From Mageeibacillus sp. (GTDB lineage: Bacteria > Bacillota > Clostridia > Saccharofermentanales > Saccharofermentanaceae), in contig JAKVLB010000002.1 of assembly GCA_022484595.1 (NCBI GenBank), positions 73,635 through 137,634 of the forward strand: a DNA stretch of 64,000 bases, written 5' to 3'. Below, in pieces: positions 17,933-26,959 of the stretch (position 1 is its first letter; the number at the start of each line of letters is the position of its first letter). The notes below the pieces were generated by a model. It was not told the DNA's origin. It saw only the letters and a list, made by a program, of their open reading frames with translations, and searched no databases. The translations under genes were made by a program, and so were the position numbers.

Positions 17933-18732
17933 CAGCTTATCCTCAGACTGTTCAGGAATTCTGTCTTGTTCTCAGCGCGCATGACCGCTTCGCCTATCAG
18001 CACCGCGTCCACATGGCTGCGCTCAAGAAGTTCAACGTCGCTTCTCGACCTGATTCCGCTTTCAGCGACAAAAATCGCGTCATCTCCGACTGTCTGTCTG
18101 AGTCTCAGGCAGTTCGCCGAATCCACGGAGAAATCTTTGAGATTGCGGTTGTTCACTCCGATTATTCTCGCTCCGGCTCTCAGTGCCATCAGTGCCTCGC
18201 TCTCATCGTGCGCCTCAACAAGCGCGGAGATGTTGAGCGTCCGGCATATCTGAATGTAATCGCGCAGCGTAACTTCGTCAAGGAGAGCGCATATCAGAAG
18301 CACCGCGGACGCTCCGTTCGCAACCGCTTCGTATATCATGTACTCGTCTATCACAAAGTCCTTGCGAAGACACGGAACCGACACCTGCGAGGCAATCTGC
18401 CGTAAGTAGACCACGCTGCCAAGAAACCATCTTGGTTCGGTGAGTACCGATATAGCCGCGGCGCCTGCCTGCTCATATTCTCTCGCAATATCAAGATACG
18501 GAAAATCCGGAGCGATTATGCCTTTGGACGGAGAGGCCTTCTTGCACTCGCAGATAAAACTCATCTGCGGTGCTGCGAGCGCTTTCTCGAAAGCATATTC
18601 CTTATGCGCCGAGAAGATTCTGTCTGCGGCTTCAAAAGCCTCGCCGCGCACTTTGGACAGAGGCTTTATGGTCTGCGAATAAAGCACGAGACGTCTGTTA
18701 TTCTCCGCGATTGTCTCAATGATATCCGGCAT
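17932..18732 (-). CDS. trpC: Indole-3-glycerol phosphate synthase
   Basis: ICECKKASPSKG, SVLTEP, LRKDF..D.Y, GVNNRNL and VAESGI. Real start is MPDIIE at 18732. Confidence 0.96.
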   Translation of the reverse strand: MPDIIETIAENNRRLVLYSQTIKPLSKVRGEAFEAADRIFSAHKEYAFEKALAAPQMSFICECKKASPSKGIIAPDFPYLDIAREYEQAGAAAISVLTEPRWFLGSVVYLRQIASQVSVPCLRKDFVIDEYMIYEAVANGASAVLLICALLDEVTLRDYIQICRTLNISALVEAHDESEALMALRAGARIIGVNNRNLKDFSVDSANCLRLRQTVGDDAIFVAESGIRSRSDVELLERSHVDAVLIGEAVMRAENKTEFLNSLRIS

Positions 18733-18733
18733 G

Positions 18734-19759
18734 TCACTGCACCGAGAGCGCGACGAAGCTGTCCAGTGTCGCCAGAGCCTTGCCGCTGCTGACAAGCTCG
18801 GAAGCCAGCCTGACGCCTTCAGCGATTGAAGACACTCTGCCGGCAGCATAGAGAGCAGCTCCGGCATTCATAAGAACCACATTGAGTCTCGCGTCAGTAA
18901 TCTTGCCCGAGAGGATTCCGCGCGTCACAGCCGCGTTCTCTTCCGGCGTGCCGCCCGCTATATCACTCTTGCTGCAGCGCTCGAAACCAAAGTCCTCGGG
19001 CTTGATCTCGTAGGTCTTTACTTCGCCGTTCCCGCAAAGCTCCGCAACAAAAGTCCTCGCGCTTCCCGATATCTCGTCGAGCTTGTCTTCGCCGTATACA
19101 ACAAGTGCACGTTTGGCTCCGAGGCTTTTAAGAACATGCGCCACAGGCTCGGCCAGGTACTGATCATAAACGCCGAGAAGATAGAAATCAGGCGTGGCGG
19201 GATTCGTCAGAGGTCCTAAAATATTGAACACTGTCCTGAATCCGAGCTCTTTGCGGATAGCACCGACATACTTCATTGATGTGTGATATTTCTGCGCAAA
19301 AAAGAAGCAGAACCCGCACTCTCTTAAGAGCTTTACGCATTTCTCAGGCTCAAGCTGGATATTCGCTCCGAGTGCCTCAAGACAATCAGCTGTTCCTGAC
19401 TTTGACGATGCCGCACGATTGCCGTGCTTTGCGACCTTAACGCCTGCGCTCGCCGCGACAAAGGCCGATGTGGTCGAAATATTGAAGCTGCCTGCGCGAT
19501 CTCCGCCCGTTCCTACAATCTCAAGCACCTCCATGCCCTCGGTATCAACCTTAAGCGCATGTTCACGCATCGCCGCAGCGCATCCGGTAATCTCTTCAAT
19601 AGTCTCAAATCTCGCGCTCTTTGTAGACAGTGCCGCGAGGAAAGCCGCGTTCTGCGTAGGTGTAGACTCACCGTTCATAATCTCGTTCATCGTCTGGTAT
19701 GCCTCGTCGTATGTAAGATCTTCCTTGTTTACGACCTTCTCAATTGTCTGTTTGATCAT
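18734..19759 (-). CDS. trpD: Anthranilate phosphoribosyltransferase
   Basis: GTGGD...[29 protein letters not shown] and LDEIS. Confidence 0.97.
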   Translation of the reverse strand: MIKQTIEKVVNKEDLTYDEAYQTMNEIMNGESTPTQNAAFLAALSTKSARFETIEEITGCAAAMREHALKVDTEGMEVLEIVGTGGDRAGSFNISTTSAFVAASAGVKVAKHGNRAASSKSGTADCLEALGANIQLEPEKCVKLLRECGFCFFFAQKYHTSMKYVGAIRKELGFRTVFNILGPLTNPATPDFYLLGVYDQYLAEPVAHVLKSLGAKRALVVYGEDKLDEISGSARTFVAELCGNGEVKTYEIKPEDFGFERCSKSDIAGGTPEENAAVTRGILSGKITDARLNVVLMNAGAALYAAGRVSSIAEGVRLASELVSSGKALATLDSFVALSVQ

Positions 19760-20340
19760 TTTCTTGTCTCCTTTGTAATATCTGTAAAATTCTTAAGAAT
19801 CATTCTGCCTTCCGGTGTCATTATCGATTCCGGATGGAACTGCAGTCCGTATATCTTCTGCCATCGGTGTTCTGCCGCCATAATCTCGCCGTCTTCCGTC
19901 AATGCCGTAACCTTGAGACATTCCGGAATCGTACCGGGATCCGCCGCAAGTGAATGGTATCTCGCGACCTTTATCTCATCCGGCATACCGGCGAAAAGTC
20001 TGCTCCCGGTATCAAGTTTTGCAACCGACTGTTTGCCGTGCATCAGCTCTCCGGCGTATGTTATTGTCGCGCCGAACGCCTCGCAGATTGCCTGATGTCC
20101 GAGGCAGACTCCAAGAATCGGTATGTGATCTCCCAGTCTTCTGACAGTTTCCTCGCAGATTCCGGCGTCAGCCGGTCTCCCCGGCCCCGGCGAGAGTATT
20201 ATTCCTGAAGGTGCCATAAGCTCAATATCATCAACGTTTGTAACATTGTTACGCACCACCTTTATATCCGGCGTTATCTCTCCAACCATCTGATAAAGGT
20301 TGTATGAGAACGAATCGTAGTTATCAATAATCAGTATCAT
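19756..20340 (-). CDS. trpG: Anthranilate synthase component II (glutamine amidotransferase)
   Basis: [21 protein letters not shown] and QFHPES. Confidence 0.96.
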   Translation of the reverse strand: MILIIDNYDSFSYNLYQMVGEITPDIKVVRNNVTNVDDIELMAPSGIILSPGPGRPADAGICEETVRRLGDHIPILGVCLGHQAICEAFGATITYAGELMHGKQSVAKLDTGSRLFAGMPDEIKVARYHSLAADPGTIPECLKVTALTEDGEIMAAEHRWQKIYGLQFHPESIMTPEGRMILKNFTDITKETRK

Positions 20341-20360
20341 TCAGTACTCCTTTTCGCGAA

Positions 20361-21851
20361 CTATATCTGAGCGTCCTGTGCGCCCTCGATCGCCTTGATT
20401 ACCGCGGCGGCTTTGTTGATGCATTCCTGGTACTCAGTCTCCGGAACGGAATCCGCCACAATTCCGGCACCTGACCTTATGAAAATCCTGTTGTTCTTCT
20501 TATAGGCAATCCTTATCGCGATACAGGTATCAAGGTTCCCGGCAAAATCAATGTATCCTATCGCGCCGCCGTAAATTCCGCGCTTATTGCCCTCAAGATC
20601 GTTAATCAGCTGACATGCGCGGATTTTTGGCGCGCCGGACAAAGTCCCGGCCGGCAGCACCGAATCAATCGCATCAATTGCATCTTTATCCGCACGAATC
20701 CTTCCGCTCACCGTGGATCCGATGTGCATAACATGTGAGAAACGCTGAATCTCATGATATTTCTCAACCTCAACACTTCCGAATTCACTTAATCGCCCGA
20801 TGTCATTGCGCCCTAAGTCAACCAGCATATTGTGCTCCGCGAGTTCCTTGGGATCCTGAAGCAGCCCTTTCTCAAGCTCAGCGTCTTCCTGAGGCGTCTT
20901 GCCGCGCGGTCTCGTCCCGGCGAGAGGAAATGTGTAGAGTTTGCCGTCAGTGAGCTTTACCAGCGTCTCAGGCGACGCTCCGGCGACCTCGACGTCAGTT
21001 CCCGAGAAATAGAACATATAAGGCGAAGGGTTGAGCGTGCGCAAAATTCTGTAAACGTTAAGCATACTTCCTTCGTAGTCCGCAGACAGCCTGTTTGACA
21101 GCACAATCTGGAAAATATCTCCTTCCCTGATATGCCGCTTGGCCTGCTCAACCATCGAGCAGAACTCATCCTTATCAAACAGGGGCTTTATCTCGGAAGT
21201 CAGCCTGCCCGGTCTGTCGCCCTCAGGCTTCGAGAATCTGATCAGCCCTGCCATTGCCTCAAGGTCGCGCTTCGCCCTGTCGTAATTTTCCTGAACCATG
21301 TCAAGTGCAATATTTGCAATCAGCACGATTTTCTGCTTAAGATTGTCAAACGCAATCACCTTATCGAAAAGCATCAGATCACAATCCCTGAACTTCTCCT
21401 CATCCTGAGCATCAAGCCTGAGACTTGGCTCGGAATACTTGATATAGTCATATGCGAAATACCCGACAAGACCGCCCGTAAATGTAGGAAGATAGTCAAA
21501 TCTCGGACTCTTGTGCTCGCTTATTATCACGCGCAGCACCTCCCCGGGCTTTTCCGTCATCGACACTTTCTCTTCCCCGTCACAGTCCCTGACAGTAAGC
21601 TCACCGTCTATGCAGGTAATCTCGGCAGTGGGTTCATACCCGAGGAAAGTGTATCTTCCCCACTTTTTGCTGTCCTCAACCGACTCAAGCATATACACGT
21701 GTTCAGAATTGTTCTTGAGTATCTGAAGCACATTGATAGGCGTAGTAAAATCAGAAAGGATCTCGCAGCTGACAGGTACATATCTGTACCCGGTTGCATC
21801 CGCTTTATCCGCAATAGCTCTGACTTCATCAATCGAAGGTCTGAATTCCAT
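20361..21851 (-). CDS. trpE: Anthranilate synthase component I
   Basis: LESVE...WGRY, GDIFQIVLS, NPSPYM, EHNMLVDLGRND and GTLSGAPK.RA. Confidence 0.97.
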   Translation of the reverse strand: MEFRPSIDEVRAIADKADATGYRYVPVSCEILSDFTTPINVLQILKNNSEHVYMLESVEDSKKWGRYTFLGYEPTAEITCIDGELTVRDCDGEEKVSMTEKPGEVLRVIISEHKSPRFDYLPTFTGGLVGYFAYDYIKYSEPSLRLDAQDEEKFRDCDLMLFDKVIAFDNLKQKIVLIANIALDMVQENYDRAKRDLEAMAGLIRFSKPEGDRPGRLTSEIKPLFDKDEFCSMVEQAKRHIREGDIFQIVLSNRLSADYEGSMLNVYRILRTLNPSPYMFYFSGTDVEVAGASPETLVKLTDGKLYTFPLAGTRPRGKTPQEDAELEKGLLQDPKELAEHNMLVDLGRNDIGRLSEFGSVEVEKYHEIQRFSHVMHIGSTVSGRIRADKDAIDAIDSVLPAGTLSGAPKIRACQLINDLEGNKRGIYGGAIGYIDFAGNLDTCIAIRIAYKKNNRIFIRSGAGIVADSVPETEYQECINKAAAVIKAIEGAQDAQI

Positions 21852-21893
21852 GTTCTCTCTCCTCTTCCGGCGTGTTATTTCCTGTTGAGAGAC

Positions 21894-22220
21894 ATAAAAA
21901 AACGCCCCGACAGAAAATAGATTATTTCTGTCAAGGACGAATAAAAATCCGCGGTGCCACCTTGTATTCGCATCTTCGGGATGCGCGCTTAGCGGGATAC
22001 CAACATATCCCCGACTGCTTACGCGAGTCCTACGTTACGTTATACTTTGCTATTCACCTGAGCCAGCCATCTGTCCGTCAAGACAGCCGCACCGACCCGT
22101 AAATCGCATTTGAACATACCCTCAGCGGTCCATTTGATGAATTGTTTTCCGCCTCACTCTCAGCATCGGAGGCTCTCTGTGGGAGCATCATCACCGTTAT
22201 CTCCGCTTCAACGGTTTGAA
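21894..22220 (-). promoter_or_regulatory. T-box riboswitch (Trp-specific) leader of trp operon
   Basis: AGAGAG and GCUGAGA stem-I motifs. Specifier AAUGGA contains the UGG (Trp) codon at 22132-22130. T-box AAGGUGGCACCGCGG at 21963-21949, followed by an intrinsic terminator with a U-tract. TTGACA lies upstream at 22261-22256. Confidence 0.95.
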
Positions 22221-22281
22221 ATTGTTAGTACCAAAATAAACCTTGAATCACGATATGTCAACCCTGATAACAAAAGACAGC

Positions 22282-22315
22282 AAAAAAAAACCGGCGAGAA
22301 ATAAATCTCACCGGC
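22282..22315 (-). terminator. Intrinsic terminator of small upstream transcription unit
   Basis: CCGGUGAGA-UUUAUU-UCUCGCCGG followed by U9. Confidence 0.85.
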
Positions 22316-22530
22316 AATCACTTATTAAGTTGTAATCATCGCGATACGGTTGGATATGCAGTTCACTTTTGAGCTAAGCTCAGTTTAAGAAAATATAACC
22401 TTACATCGAAGAATTAACTGAACCAAGCAAGGCCAACCGCTCAATCGATTGCTCTTCATTACCCATTGGTCTCACCTCCCGTAGCTGTATCACTTTATCT
22501 TGCTTAAGTGACCCGTTCTTTTTTTTGATA
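22282..22530 (-). ncRNA. Unannotated small transcript (sRNA and/or micro-peptide mRNA)
   Basis: Extended -10 TGcTATACT (22544-22536), SD GGGAGGTGA (22480-22472), micro-ORFs at 22466-22401 and 22459-22385, and its own terminator. Confidence 0.5.
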
Positions 22531-22643
22531 GTTCGAGTATAGCATTGCATTACCGGGAAAGCATTAACAAAAGGCAACAAAATTTTGACAAAAATGTTAA
22601 CTATTTTGTATATCAGTCAATATCCCTGAACAAAGAAGAACAA

Positions 22644-23300
22644 TCACCCGACAGCCTCAATCAGCCCGCTGATTTCATCTGTAGTCAACGGCCGGTTCTG
22701 TGCGTTAACCGCGTATGTGAAGCCTCCCGCGGTCCATGCCGCTACTGACCAGGAGTTGTCATTACCGCGAAGAATTACGGATTTACCAGCAACTGTAACT
22801 GTTCTTGTGACCTTGTAATCTGTATAATCACCACTTATGTCAGAACTGCCTGAAGCTTTGAGGACTTCGAGACCGAGACTTGAGTCGGAATCAAAATATG
22901 TAATGGCAATTGTATCTCCGAATCGTACGCTGATTAGGGAGTTGCTATATGGTTCCACTGTCTGCGGAGCCGTCATTGTAAACCCGGTTATTTTCGCGGC
23001 CTCATCCATGCTGTCAACTTCTTCTATCGGACTTCCGGAAAAATCGAGATAATCGGGCATCGATTCTGAAGCTGTTTCAGAAGACACCGTCGATATCTGA
23101 CCCGTCGCAGTTTTGAAAATGCCTGTATATTGTGCAAGAAAAAACATCGCAACTGCACATGCCGCTGCCGATACTGCGAGCACCGCCGGTCTCAGACTTA
23201 TCATCCTGCGTCCGGTGCAAAACTTTGCTGCCTCTTCGACATAGCAATCGTCGACTCCCGTAAGCGCGCGCATCAGCATCTTTCCCTTTGATTTCATCAT
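22644..23300 (-). CDS. Membrane anti-sigma factor (DUF4367-like C-terminal domain)
   Basis: N-terminal LMRALTGVDDCYVEEA motif typical of clostridial anti-sigmas, a single TM, and an extracellular domain ending in WT.GGFTY. ATGA overlap with the ECF gene. Confidence 0.75.
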   Translation of the reverse strand: MMKSKGKMLMRALTGVDDCYVEEAAKFCTGRRMISLRPAVLAVSAAACAVAMFFLAQYTGIFKTATGQISTVSSETASESMPDYLDFSGSPIEEVDSMDEAAKITGFTMTAPQTVEPYSNSLISVRFGDTIAITYFDSDSSLGLEVLKASGSSDISGDYTDYKVTRTVTVAGKSVILRGNDNSWSVAAWTAGGFTYAVNAQNRPLTTDEISGLIEAVG

Positions 23301-23875
23301 AACCGGAAGCCCTCCTTCCCGAGATAGCTGCGCAGCTCGTCGCGAGAGCGTTTGAGGCTCATCTTGACTTTGCTCACAGAATAACCTGTATTTGCCGCGA
23401 CATCTGCGACTGAATCTCCGAACCAGTATCTCCGCATGAATATGACGCGGGAATCGCGGCGGAGCGTACCAAGGAAAGTGTTTATTAACCCGGTGAGAAG
23501 TTCTGATTCAGCGGATTCTTCAACCGCTGAGCATTCGGTATCTGTTCTGTCCGGAATGCACTCCTCAAGTTCATCTGTAAGCAGTCCTGTACTGCCCTGT
23601 CCCCGCTTGACGGCATTTCGTCTGTCATACATGTCAAGCGACAGATTGCGCGTAATTCTGGCAAGAAAACTGCATAGCGAATCAGGCCTTTGCGGAGGTA
23701 TGGTATTCCATGCGTGAAAATATGTATCATTCTCGCATTCCTGAGCATCTTCGGTGCTGTGAAGAATGTTCACGGCAATGGTACAAAGCAGACGTCCGTA
23801 AGAGCTTTTCGACTCTGTTATCGCGTCTTCCGACCTGGCAAAAAACAGTTCTATGATTGATTCATCATCCATCAT
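23297..23875 (-). CDS. ECF RNA polymerase sigma factor
   Basis: DDESIIELFFAR, DAQECENDTY..AW, FLARITRNLSLD and region 4 IFMRRYW.GDSV.DVA...G.S.SKVKMSL.RSR. Confidence 0.93.
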   Translation of the reverse strand: MMDDESIIELFFARSEDAITESKSSYGRLLCTIAVNILHSTEDAQECENDTYFHAWNTIPPQRPDSLCSFLARITRNLSLDMYDRRNAVKRGQGSTGLLTDELEECIPDRTDTECSAVEESAESELLTGLINTFLGTLRRDSRVIFMRRYWFGDSVADVAANTGYSVSKVKMSLKRSRDELRSYLGKEGFRL

Positions 23876-24360
23876 TGTGCCGGACTTATACTGACGTCCT
23901 CAACGCCTGTTATCTCTGCGTTGCCGTCAAGATCTTCGTAAATGTAAACCTTTACGAATGTCGGTTCAGAGTCAGGAATGACAACTGTTTCACGGCAAAG
24001 AATGCAGTAATTGGTGCCGGCGACGACTTGTGTCCCGAGCAGCGCCACAGGCTCATAATCCGCACCGTCAAGGTTCTCGGTCGCTTTGTCAAAAGCAGCC
24101 CCGGCATCCGAACCGGACTCAATGCTCCAGTCCCCGCCGTTTGTCTCCCATCCGCCGAGTACCATATCAGATTCATCTGCGCTTTCAGAGGAATCGGTAC
24201 TTACGTCAGCTGCCGATGTATGTGATTCCGAAACAGAAGATTCTGCGGAAACGGAAGACGAGGCGCTCGTTGTCTCGACCTTACTTTGCGGAATACATCC
24301 TGCCAATGCTACCAGAACTGTTACGGCAACCGCCGCTGTCTCTAATCTGTTGATTCTCAT
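23872..24360 (-). CDS. Lipoprotein with C-terminal cystatin/stefin-like domain
   Basis: Lipobox LAGC, Ser/Glu-rich linker, then LGGW...TQVVAGTNY...VKVY...ITG, which parallels stefin A (PGGL...TQVVAGTNYYIKV...LKVF...LTG). Confidence 0.7.
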   Translation of the reverse strand: MRINRLETAAVAVTVLVALAGCIPQSKVETTSASSSVSAESSVSESHTSAADVSTDSSESADESDMVLGGWETNGGDWSIESGSDAGAAFDKATENLDGADYEPVALLGTQVVAGTNYCILCRETVVIPDSEPTFVKVYIYEDLDGNAEITGVEDVSISPAQ

Positions 24361-24406
24361 ATAAATCTCCTGCCTTTCTGAAGGAACTGACTGCCTTCAA
24401 CTATAC

Positions 24407-24434
24407 AGACGGGAAAAACATCATCCGCGTCACA
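24407..24434 (-). promoter_or_regulatory. ECF-type promoter upstream of lipoprotein-sigma-antisigma operon
   Basis: TGTGAC-N17-CGTCT with a T5 tract before the -10, resembling Bacillus ECF promoters TGAAAC-N16/17-CGT(A/C). Confidence 0.6.
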
Positions 24435-24444
24435 ATCCGCAAAT

Positions 24445-25716
24445 TCAGCCTTGCGGTGTGATTCCTCCGTCCTTATCGCCGTCACGCGACATAAACGACA
24501 TCTGCGGAATTGCCACTACAGCTCCGTTCGCTGATACTGCCTTCATAAAAAACTTCATCTCCGGATGCGGACAATCCTCAATCGGCTGCATATCCCTGTC
24601 GTAAAGCTCTGAGACCGTTACCGGCTCAATATATCCGTCCGGACAAAGGACATTGAGCAAGTCGCCGCGATACAGTTTATTCTTCTGTGTGACAGCGCAA
24701 AGCCCGCTTGCAGGGTCGAAGCCTCCTACTACCCCGACCACGAAGGCAGGCTTGTTGTACGACTTGTCAAAATCGATTTTCGCATCTTCAGAAGGGCTGT
24801 GATAATAAAATCCCGTATCGTAATCTCTGTGCACAACCTTATCAAGTGTCACGCGCCACTTCGGGTCAGGCATGTAGTCTGCCGGACTCGCGAGGTATCT
24901 GTCTACTGCCTCGCGGTAGACCTTGGTGACCGCCGCCGCATAATATCCGCCCTTTATGCGTCCTTCTATCTTGAACGAATTGATGCCGGCCTCAGCCAGC
25001 TCCGGAATGTGGTCGATCATGCATATGTCGCGGCTGCCGAAAATATAGGTTCCGCGTTCGTCCTCTTCCACCGGCATGGCCATATCGGGACGTTTCTCTT
25101 CGACTACGCTGTAGCCCCAGCGGCATGGCTGCGCGCAGGCACCTCCGTTGGAACGCCGACCCGTGAAATAATTGCTCATAAGACAGCGGCCGGAATATGC
25201 AACGCACATAGCGCCGTGAACAAAGCACTCAAGCTCCGTATCAGCCGGTATGGCAGCGCGGATCTTCCTTATCTGCGCAAGCGTCACTTCACGCGCCAGA
25301 ACTATTCTTTTCGCACCCTGATTCGCCCAGAAAATGCAGGCTGCCGAATTTGTTACGGACGCCTGCGTCGAAATATGGATATCGAGTGACGGGCAAAGCT
25401 GGCGCGTGCGCATAAATATGCCCGGATCTGAGATGAGGACTGCGTCCGCGCCTGATTCACATCCTATAAAGCTGATTGCCGAATCAAGTTCAGACAGTTC
25501 GTCTTCGGTCGGCATTACATTCATCGTGACATAGCATTTGACCCCGCGGGAATGCGCGTAGGCAATTGAAGACACCATCTGCTCGCGCGTAAAATTATCT
25601 GACAACGCGCGAAGTCCGAAAGTCTTTCCTGACATATAGACGGCGTCTGCGCCGTATTCCACGGCAATCTTAAGCTTCTCCGGATTGCCTGCGGGCGACA
25701 GAACTTCTATGCTCAT
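24445..25716 (-). CDS. U32 family peptidase (TrhP-like tRNA hydroxylation protein)
   Basis: EVLSPAGN, GADAVY, HISTQAS, FVHGAMC.AYSGRC.MS, CAQPCRW.Y and KIEGR. Confidence 0.92.
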   Translation of the reverse strand: MSIEVLSPAGNPEKLKIAVEYGADAVYMSGKTFGLRALSDNFTREQMVSSIAYAHSRGVKCYVTMNVMPTEDELSELDSAISFIGCESGADAVLISDPGIFMRTRQLCPSLDIHISTQASVTNSAACIFWANQGAKRIVLAREVTLAQIRKIRAAIPADTELECFVHGAMCVAYSGRCLMSNYFTGRRSNGGACAQPCRWGYSVVEEKRPDMAMPVEEDERGTYIFGSRDICMIDHIPELAEAGINSFKIEGRIKGGYYAAAVTKVYREAVDRYLASPADYMPDPKWRVTLDKVVHRDYDTGFYYHSPSEDAKIDFDKSYNKPAFVVGVVGGFDPASGLCAVTQKNKLYRGDLLNVLCPDGYIEPVTVSELYDRDMQPIEDCPHPEMKFFMKAVSANGAVVAIPQMSFMSRDGDKDGGITPQG

Positions 25717-25719
25717 ACA

Positions 25720-26925
25720 TCAGCCCTCCGCAGCGACCGTCTCGTCACCGGCATAATCGTCGTCACTTATGGTCTCACTGGTTACGTCGTTGCCGACACC
25801 CCAGTTAGGCGAGTACTGCGCAACGTTGGCCTCGTGTTCCTCAAGCGTTACGGCAAATGCCGTTCCGCCGTCTCCGGTCGCGCAGAAATACATATAATTG
25901 CAGTTGGGTTCAGGGTACAGCGCCGCAGATATGGCGTCCTGACCCGGCATACAGATCGGTCCGGGCGGCAGTCCCTCGTTGAGATAGGTATTGTACGGGC
26001 TGTCGATATTCAGTTCCGCGTCTGTATGCATGAGCGAGAACTCGCCGCCCTGACGTTCCACAAGATAATTTATGGTGGCGCTCGAACTAAGGTAATGCAT
26101 GCTCTCGTCATCGGAATCCAGTCTGTTGTGGAACACTGCTGAAATATCCATCATGTCAGACACATCGCCGGTCTCTTTCTGAATGATTGATGCCATCGTG
26201 ATGACCTGATCCATTGTCATTCCGAGATGCTCGGCGCGCGTATAGTATTCGTCGTAGAGCTTGCTCTCCATATTATTGAGGAACTTGCGGATAATCTCTT
26301 CCGGGCTTGAGTTTACGTCAAACGTATAGGTATCCGGATACAGATATCCGGCAAGAATGTAGTCGCGGTTGTCATTCATCTCAATATCGGAAACAAAATC
26401 ATAATCCACGAAAAGATTCGGCGAATTCATGCACTCATCGAACTTCGCATCATCGAAACTGAGTCCCGCGTCATGAAGCAGCTGCTTAAGCTCAATATAT
26501 GTCGAACCCTCCGGAATAGTCACGGTAACACTTGCAGGCTCGAGCGTCAGAAAATACATGATCTCATCGTATGACAGACCTTGCAGCAGATAATGTGTGC
26601 CGGCAGAATACGCTCCGTCAAAGCCATTTACTTTGCTCACAAGCGAAAAGACAAAAGTATTGGTTATCAGTCCCTGTTCATAGAGCTTATCCGCAATATC
26701 CGACGTATCATCACCGGTCTCAACCACCAGTGCTACTGCGCCCTGTGTCTTGTCATTGATTACCAGATCGCCGGAATCTATCTCGCTTTGAAGATTATCA
26801 AACCGCTCCTCCTGTGAGATGACATAATTGTATCCAAAGATAACGCCTGCTATGGCAAAGCCGAATAGCAGGACGATTATTACAAGTATTCTTATGGCAA
26901 CCTTAATCTTCTTTGGCAGCATCAA
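25720..26925 (-). CDS. mltG: Endolytic transglycosylase MltG
   Basis: N-terminal TM, VTIPEG, GYLYPDTY, MASIIQKE, SAVFHNRL, SPYNTY..GLPPGPIC.PG. Confidence 0.93.
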   Translation of the reverse strand: MMLPKKIKVAIRILVIIVLLFGFAIAGVIFGYNYVISQEERFDNLQSEIDSGDLVINDKTQGAVALVVETGDDTSDIADKLYEQGLITNTFVFSLVSKVNGFDGAYSAGTHYLLQGLSYDEIMYFLTLEPASVTVTIPEGSTYIELKQLLHDAGLSFDDAKFDECMNSPNLFVDYDFVSDIEMNDNRDYILAGYLYPDTYTFDVNSSPEEIIRKFLNNMESKLYDEYYTRAEHLGMTMDQVITMASIIQKETGDVSDMMDISAVFHNRLDSDDESMHYLSSSATINYLVERQGGEFSLMHTDAELNIDSPYNTYLNEGLPPGPICMPGQDAISAALYPEPNCNYMYFCATGDGGTAFAVTLEEHEANVAQYSPNWGVGNDVTSETISDDDYAGDETVAAEG

Positions 26926-26959
26926 TATTCACCCCTGTTAGCGGGGATACCGTCATTGA

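Noticed and set aside
18733-18867. N-terminal extensions given by the ORF track for trpC (also yfcE, trpA, transglutaminase, rpsU, thiT, GH3)
   Set aside because: They overlap upstream genes or lack an SD. Downstream ATGs match family N-termini and SD spacing.
22282-22530. Assignment of the small transcript as 6S RNA, SRP RNA, tmRNA or a trp attenuator peptide
   Set aside because: The bubble is strongly asymmetric with no recognisable 6S, SRP or tmRNA motifs. ORF2 has only one Trp, and trp already has its own promoter and T-box behind a terminator.
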